A stretch of 64,000 nucleotides of DNA from Klebsormidium nitens (lineage: Eukaryota > Plantae > Klebsormidiophyceae): positions 1 through 64,000 of the forward strand of contig DF237110.1 in NCBI GenBank assembly GCA_000708835.1. The letters run 5' to 3'. Made by a program: the position numbers and the translations under genes. The notes below the pieces were generated by a model that saw only the letters and a program-made list of their open reading frames with translations, ran no database searches and was not told the origin of the DNA. Positions 59,430 to 64,000 of this stretch are shown piece after piece. Each line of letters begins with the position of its first letter. Within the stretch, counting starts at the first letter, position 1.

Positions 59430-60462
59430 GCCGAACCTTGTAAGGGGCAGAAGTAATCACATTCTGAGCCGTTTGCTCGCGATGCCCATGGCTGTGTGCG
59501 CGGCAAGCTTCAATCTCAACATGTGGTTTCCGAAGAAGCTAAGGTTATCAGCTTATGCACGTTGGCAGGCACGTGACCCGACCCTTCAGCGGCGGGCCGG
59601 GCTCTCACGATCTTGCACGGCGAAAGCGAGTTGCTGCTGATGAAACCAACGGGCATAAATTCTGTTTTAGGAGTGCTGCGCTGTTCACGACGGTCAGTCA
59701 TCATCATAAGCTTGGTCGACACGTCATGCTCTGGCCGGACTGATAGACAATTTGCCTATACCACTCAAGATAATTTATGATTGCCCTATGCGAGGCAACA
59801 TGCCTCGATCTGCAACATACTAAGCTAAGTTGCCAATCAGCATCTGGCATGCACGTACGACGGTAACAAAACACGCTGTCACATATGTACGAAAAAACAT
59901 GCGAATGCTTAGGTTATCGGGAAAGGTCGGGCGTCCATTGTCGTACAATTCGTCGCTGGAAGCCTGGTATAATTTTGATACAAGACATGCGCTGCGGCCA
60001 AGCTGCCGAACAGTTTTTGCTGTTATAAGCCCAGAGAAAAACGTCTGATGACCTGCATGTGACTTTCGCTTGCTAGCTGCGCATGAAGGTCGCGGGCCCG
60101 CGCTCCCGGCCGTGCTTTTTTGGAGGCGTTCGTCTGTGTCTCGCGTGTGCGATCGGAGATCCACTAATTGCACACTAACTCATCAACCCACATCCTAAGG
60201 TGCTCCCGTTTTACGATCCAACATCCTCCCTACCTGTCACAGAACACAAAGTCGGTGGTGCCAAAACGTGCCCTTCAAAAGGGGAGTGTTCCGTTCTCAA
60301 TCACTCACATTCAAGGCCGGGATGACTAACTTGAGTTACACACGTCGAGATCTACGTTCAACAATCGCTCAACTCCTGCTCGCCCTCACCCTATATCTCG
60401 TCCGGCGTTGCCAGCCCCGAGCAGAGATTCTGAGCAAGGCTACACAAATCTCAATAATTAGA

Positions 60463-63197
60463 TTACGAGCGTATCACACTTTGGACTATTTTAACCTCTT
60501 GACAAAACGCGTGAACGGCTGTGATAAACTCCAGGCCGTGCGTGTCGGCTACATCCAGGTCCGCGCCCGGAATGTCATGGTAAACGGCGTCCCGGAACAG
60601 CGGAACGGACTCGCGGGTGGCCTCCCCGAGTATCTCCTTATCGCTCGCAATCGCTAGCACCGGCTGCTTGACCTGGGGGAAAAGGACGCCAATGTTTCTT
60701 CGCGCGCTATACATTGCTGAGTTTTCTGCAACGTCCCTACTCAAAGCAAAAGCTGTAGGGGTGCTAGCGGAGAGGGTGTTGCACGCTGCGAAGAAGTGCT
60801 GAACCGTCACAAGAAGTCGTCAAACGAGCTCGATCTAGAAGAGGGCATGCCGTCGCCGCCTTCCTTCTCGAGTTACAACAATCCGTCAAAGTTTTGGTGA
60901 CTTACAGGATTCAGTACTCAAATAAGGTGTAGAAAAGAGATTGCCGTCCGCTTTTGCAAGTATGCTAGCTCACAACTGTCTTGCTGCAGCACAAGCTTCG
61001 CAGATTGGGTTTCGGTCCGACGACATACTCAAATCAATATCTTCTCGAAACAAGTTCTTTCGTCCAAGCACAAGTCAGCAGGCCAGCTTCCAACGTGCGC
61101 AAAGCCCTGAAGGATCATGGCCATAAAGTAAAGCTATCAAAACGACGCGATGCCGAATCCGCAGACAAACAGCTTGGAAGCAGGAATGGGCAGCCCGTAC
61201 ACGTCACCGGGTTGACGCGCGTCCGAAGCAGGCGGCAGTGAGCTGGGGACGCTCAGAAGATTGAAAAGCGAGATACACGGAATAAGAGCAAAAGACACGG
61301 ACAGAGCGTTTTGTGGCAACCTCTACAGAATGCGCACTCATAGATTTGACAGCAGGGCCGCCCACCTGTTCGATCAGGCTCCTGACGTCCGCCCGCCCAA
61401 TCGCGCGGTGCGCCCACGCTTTCGTCTCTTTGGTCTGGAGCGCGCCCACCAGGAAATCAACCTTGCGCCCGAAGTTCATCCCCGGATAATGTTCACAGAG
61501 GAGCGTCCACTGCTGCGCGAGTTCGCTCCCGTCGTCGCTGTACGTTGGCGGTGCTTCGTCAGCAAGCTTTTTCTGCCATTCCTCGTTCAGGAGGGGGATC
61601 CCCCAGAGCGCCAGCCGGCGAACGCTGGAAGGGTGCGTGGCGGCGATCCAGAGGGCCACTCCGGCGCCTGCCGAAGGGATAGCAAATTCCAAGAATAAGG
61701 GGCAGGACAGTGTGCAGAAATAACCCAGGAGGTTTTACACTAGTCTTGACGCCTTTTCTGTTTCACACCCTCGTTTTCTTCGGCAAGGATAGACAGGACT
61801 CACTCCGACTTGAAACTGTCATGGGTTTGCAACAAGAGCATATCCGCAGATAAGTCTTGATAGCAAGAGGGTTCTGAAAACCAGACCAGGTACAGTGGGC
61901 CTTTGACACCGGCGCATCGGCCGTGTACAGCAACGTGTGAGTTGTTACGTGTGATGAGAATGTTCCTTCTGAAAGATGTGCGAAAGGAAAGTGCGTAATC
62001 AGGATCTGCTCGGATTCAAAAATTCCTCGCTCTAATCAACACTTTGGAAAGTTGATTCAGTCATTCTTTCCTTCCATGTGGCTTTCCTTATGAGGGTTTT
62101 TACTCCCAGTTCGACAGTAAGCTTAGCACTTGACACCGCTTCCAAAGGCCGTCACACCGAAAAGCACTCTCCCACCTGTGTGGTGTCCAACGTAGTCCAC
62201 CGCCTCTCCCAGCCGGAGCGCTTTTACCGCCTCTAGCGTTCCTTCGGACAGCGCCGCCAGGTCCGGTTCCTCCTCCGGACGGTACGAGAGGCCGTGTCCG
62301 GGAAGGTCGAGGGCGATGGCTAGGTAACCCTTCTCCGCAAACCCTGGGTTAAAAGACCGGTTAGTGTTCGGTGTCGGTCCCGGTGGTCTGAGAGGATAGG
62401 TTGCTCAATAACGTCTGGCTGAGTAGTTGGCTGTACAGAAGATTTAGAAGGCCAATTCAGCTTCAGCGAACTCCTAAAATTCTGATCAGGACCAGAATTG
62501 CATACAAAGAGCTTTGTTGAAGGAGAAAAACAGCTATTTTTGATTGTTGAGACTGGTCGGATTGCTTGTGCCTCTCAGCCAACAGATCCTTCTAAAATAT
62601 GGGAGGTAGGTCACCGACAAGCTGAACAATCAAGGGTTCCTCTTATAAAAGATGAGAAAAGCAGGTTTTCAAGAACTCCATGATGTCTTGAAGAAGGATG
62701 TAAAGGGGTCAAGGCCATACCTTTTGCATTGAACAAGCGCTTCTTTTCCTAAAGACATTCCTAACAAAACTCCACTATGGGTGGGAGCCTTCAGTAGTGA
62801 GCATGATTCAGGGGTACGAGCAGGATGCCCTACCATCTTTCGTTCCCTAAACTCTAGACGAGCTTGACAGCGGGTCACAGAACTCCACCCCTTTGTGAAT
62901 TGCAAGTATCTCCAAGCTAGTCAGGGTCGGGCGCAGCAACCAAATATGGTCAAGTGGCAAATCTCTAGAAAGTGTTGTGTGCAATCCATATGATTCACAG
63001 ACACTAACCAAAAACTTCGATATGGCATCCACAATCTGCTCACCAGGGAGCACTGCATCAAACATGGCCCCCGACTCTGGCGACTGATGCAGCAGGATGA
63101 GCGGGGTCGCCCCATCTGTGCCTGCCCTCCTGTAATGCACCTGCCCTTTGGCGGTGTCCACGTAACCTTTTCTGATGAGAGGAGAACCGCTGGACAT
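60463..63197 (-). CDS. Alpha/beta-hydrolase-fold protein with GHHTG elbow (4 exons, ~277 aa)
   Basis: Exons: 63197-63044, 62343-62176, 61667-61366, 60672-60463, with consistent phases. Sequence: IRKGYVDTAKGQVHYRRAG..PLILLHQSPESGAMF; GYLAIALDLPGHGLS; DYVGHHT-GAGVALWIAATHPSSVRRLALWG; VKQPVLAIASDKE; DIPGADLDVADTHG. Confidence 0.88.
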
Positions 63198-64000
63198 TGC
63201 AACGTTTCTGCTTAGACTTGCCACAGCTTTACTGTACTGGCAGACCGTCTTTTTGAAAAACCTCAATTGACCGCGCGTACAAACAGAGTGTGAGAAAAAG
63301 ACGCGTTCAAATTTTTGAGTCTGTCAAAGGGCCAGCACCGAAGATCAGTCCCCTTTTTCTTTTTCAAGCGGATTATGAGAGCATCAGAGCGGCAGCCCCT
63401 AATGAAGCTCGCAATTACGTCAAGAACCTGAGTCCATTGTTGCGCAGACCGACAAATCCACAGCTCAGCAGTCTTCTTTTTCACAAATCGAAGGCGCTGC
63501 AAGTGCTTTCTGCTGCAGCTTGCAGGCTTCAGCTTCTGGCTTGATTCGCAAAAAATGTTCGGAAGGAGAAGACCTGAGCGATCATAGTAGCAAGCGCTGC
63601 CCTCGCAGAAGAGCCGAACAGCTTTTCGCACTGCATACTGCAGGATGAGGCTCATACTGCAAGGACCAAAGTGCTCGGCTCAGAGCAGAGGGCGCAGACG
63701 CCAGCCAAAAAGCCGGCGCGAGCAGAATTGTAAGCGGGCGGAATCGTCATATCCAAACTGCCCACCAGGTCAAAACGACTTGGCTAGGTCCCAGTACGTT
63801 CTCTACAAGTTTCCACCATCGTTGGGTGTCATTTGACCGGTCCAATTGAATGCCCAAAATATCCATTTTAGCTGGGAAAGTCAGACATAGGGCCACTTCG
63901 TACTTGACACTGAGGGCTCCACCAGGTTGCGTTGACCCGAAAATGGGTGCAAATGGTAGCCAATAGGCCATACGAGACGTCCACGAATTTTGGTGGACGC

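Noticed and set aside
63263-64000. Short ORFs at the right edge
   Set aside because: No motifs or consistent splice signals; likely the promoter or intergenic region of the hydrolase gene.

Overview
Eukaryotic nuclear DNA with about 50% GC, GC-rich exons, GT-AG introns of roughly 0.1-1 kb and one N-gap. The style suggests a streptophyte alga such as Klebsormidium (inference only). Left to right: (i) a two-exon gene (minus strand) for a 107-aa secreted precursor with a signal peptide, an RRSLMQ processing motif and a six-Cys C-C-CC-C-C peptide, below a dense GTAC cluster; (ii) a gene of about 16 exons for a ~1,400-aa membrane-anchored multi-domain glycosyltransferase, followed by a 29-30 bp minisatellite; (iii) an intact 8-exon organellar tRNA-modification GTPase mnmE/trmE; (iv) two tandem partial, decayed mnmE duplicates interleaved with two copies of an apparently intronless gene with four C4 zinc-binding repeats (one open ORF, one broken); (v) a tandem array of four paralogous minus-strand genes encoding an N-terminal membrane anchor, a WWE domain and a PARP-like ADP-ribosyltransferase domain with a non-canonical H-W-G/H triad. 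Two copies look open, two are frameshifted, and three share a GTAC palindrome upstream; (vi) a 4-exon alpha/beta-hydrolase-fold gene with GHHTG in place of GxSxG. A family of ~190-bp MITE-like elements (9-bp TSD, long TIRs, G-rich core) occurs about 7 times. No rRNA, tRNA or CRISPR array was seen. All exon models were read by hand from splice signals and reading phase, and no database search was run.
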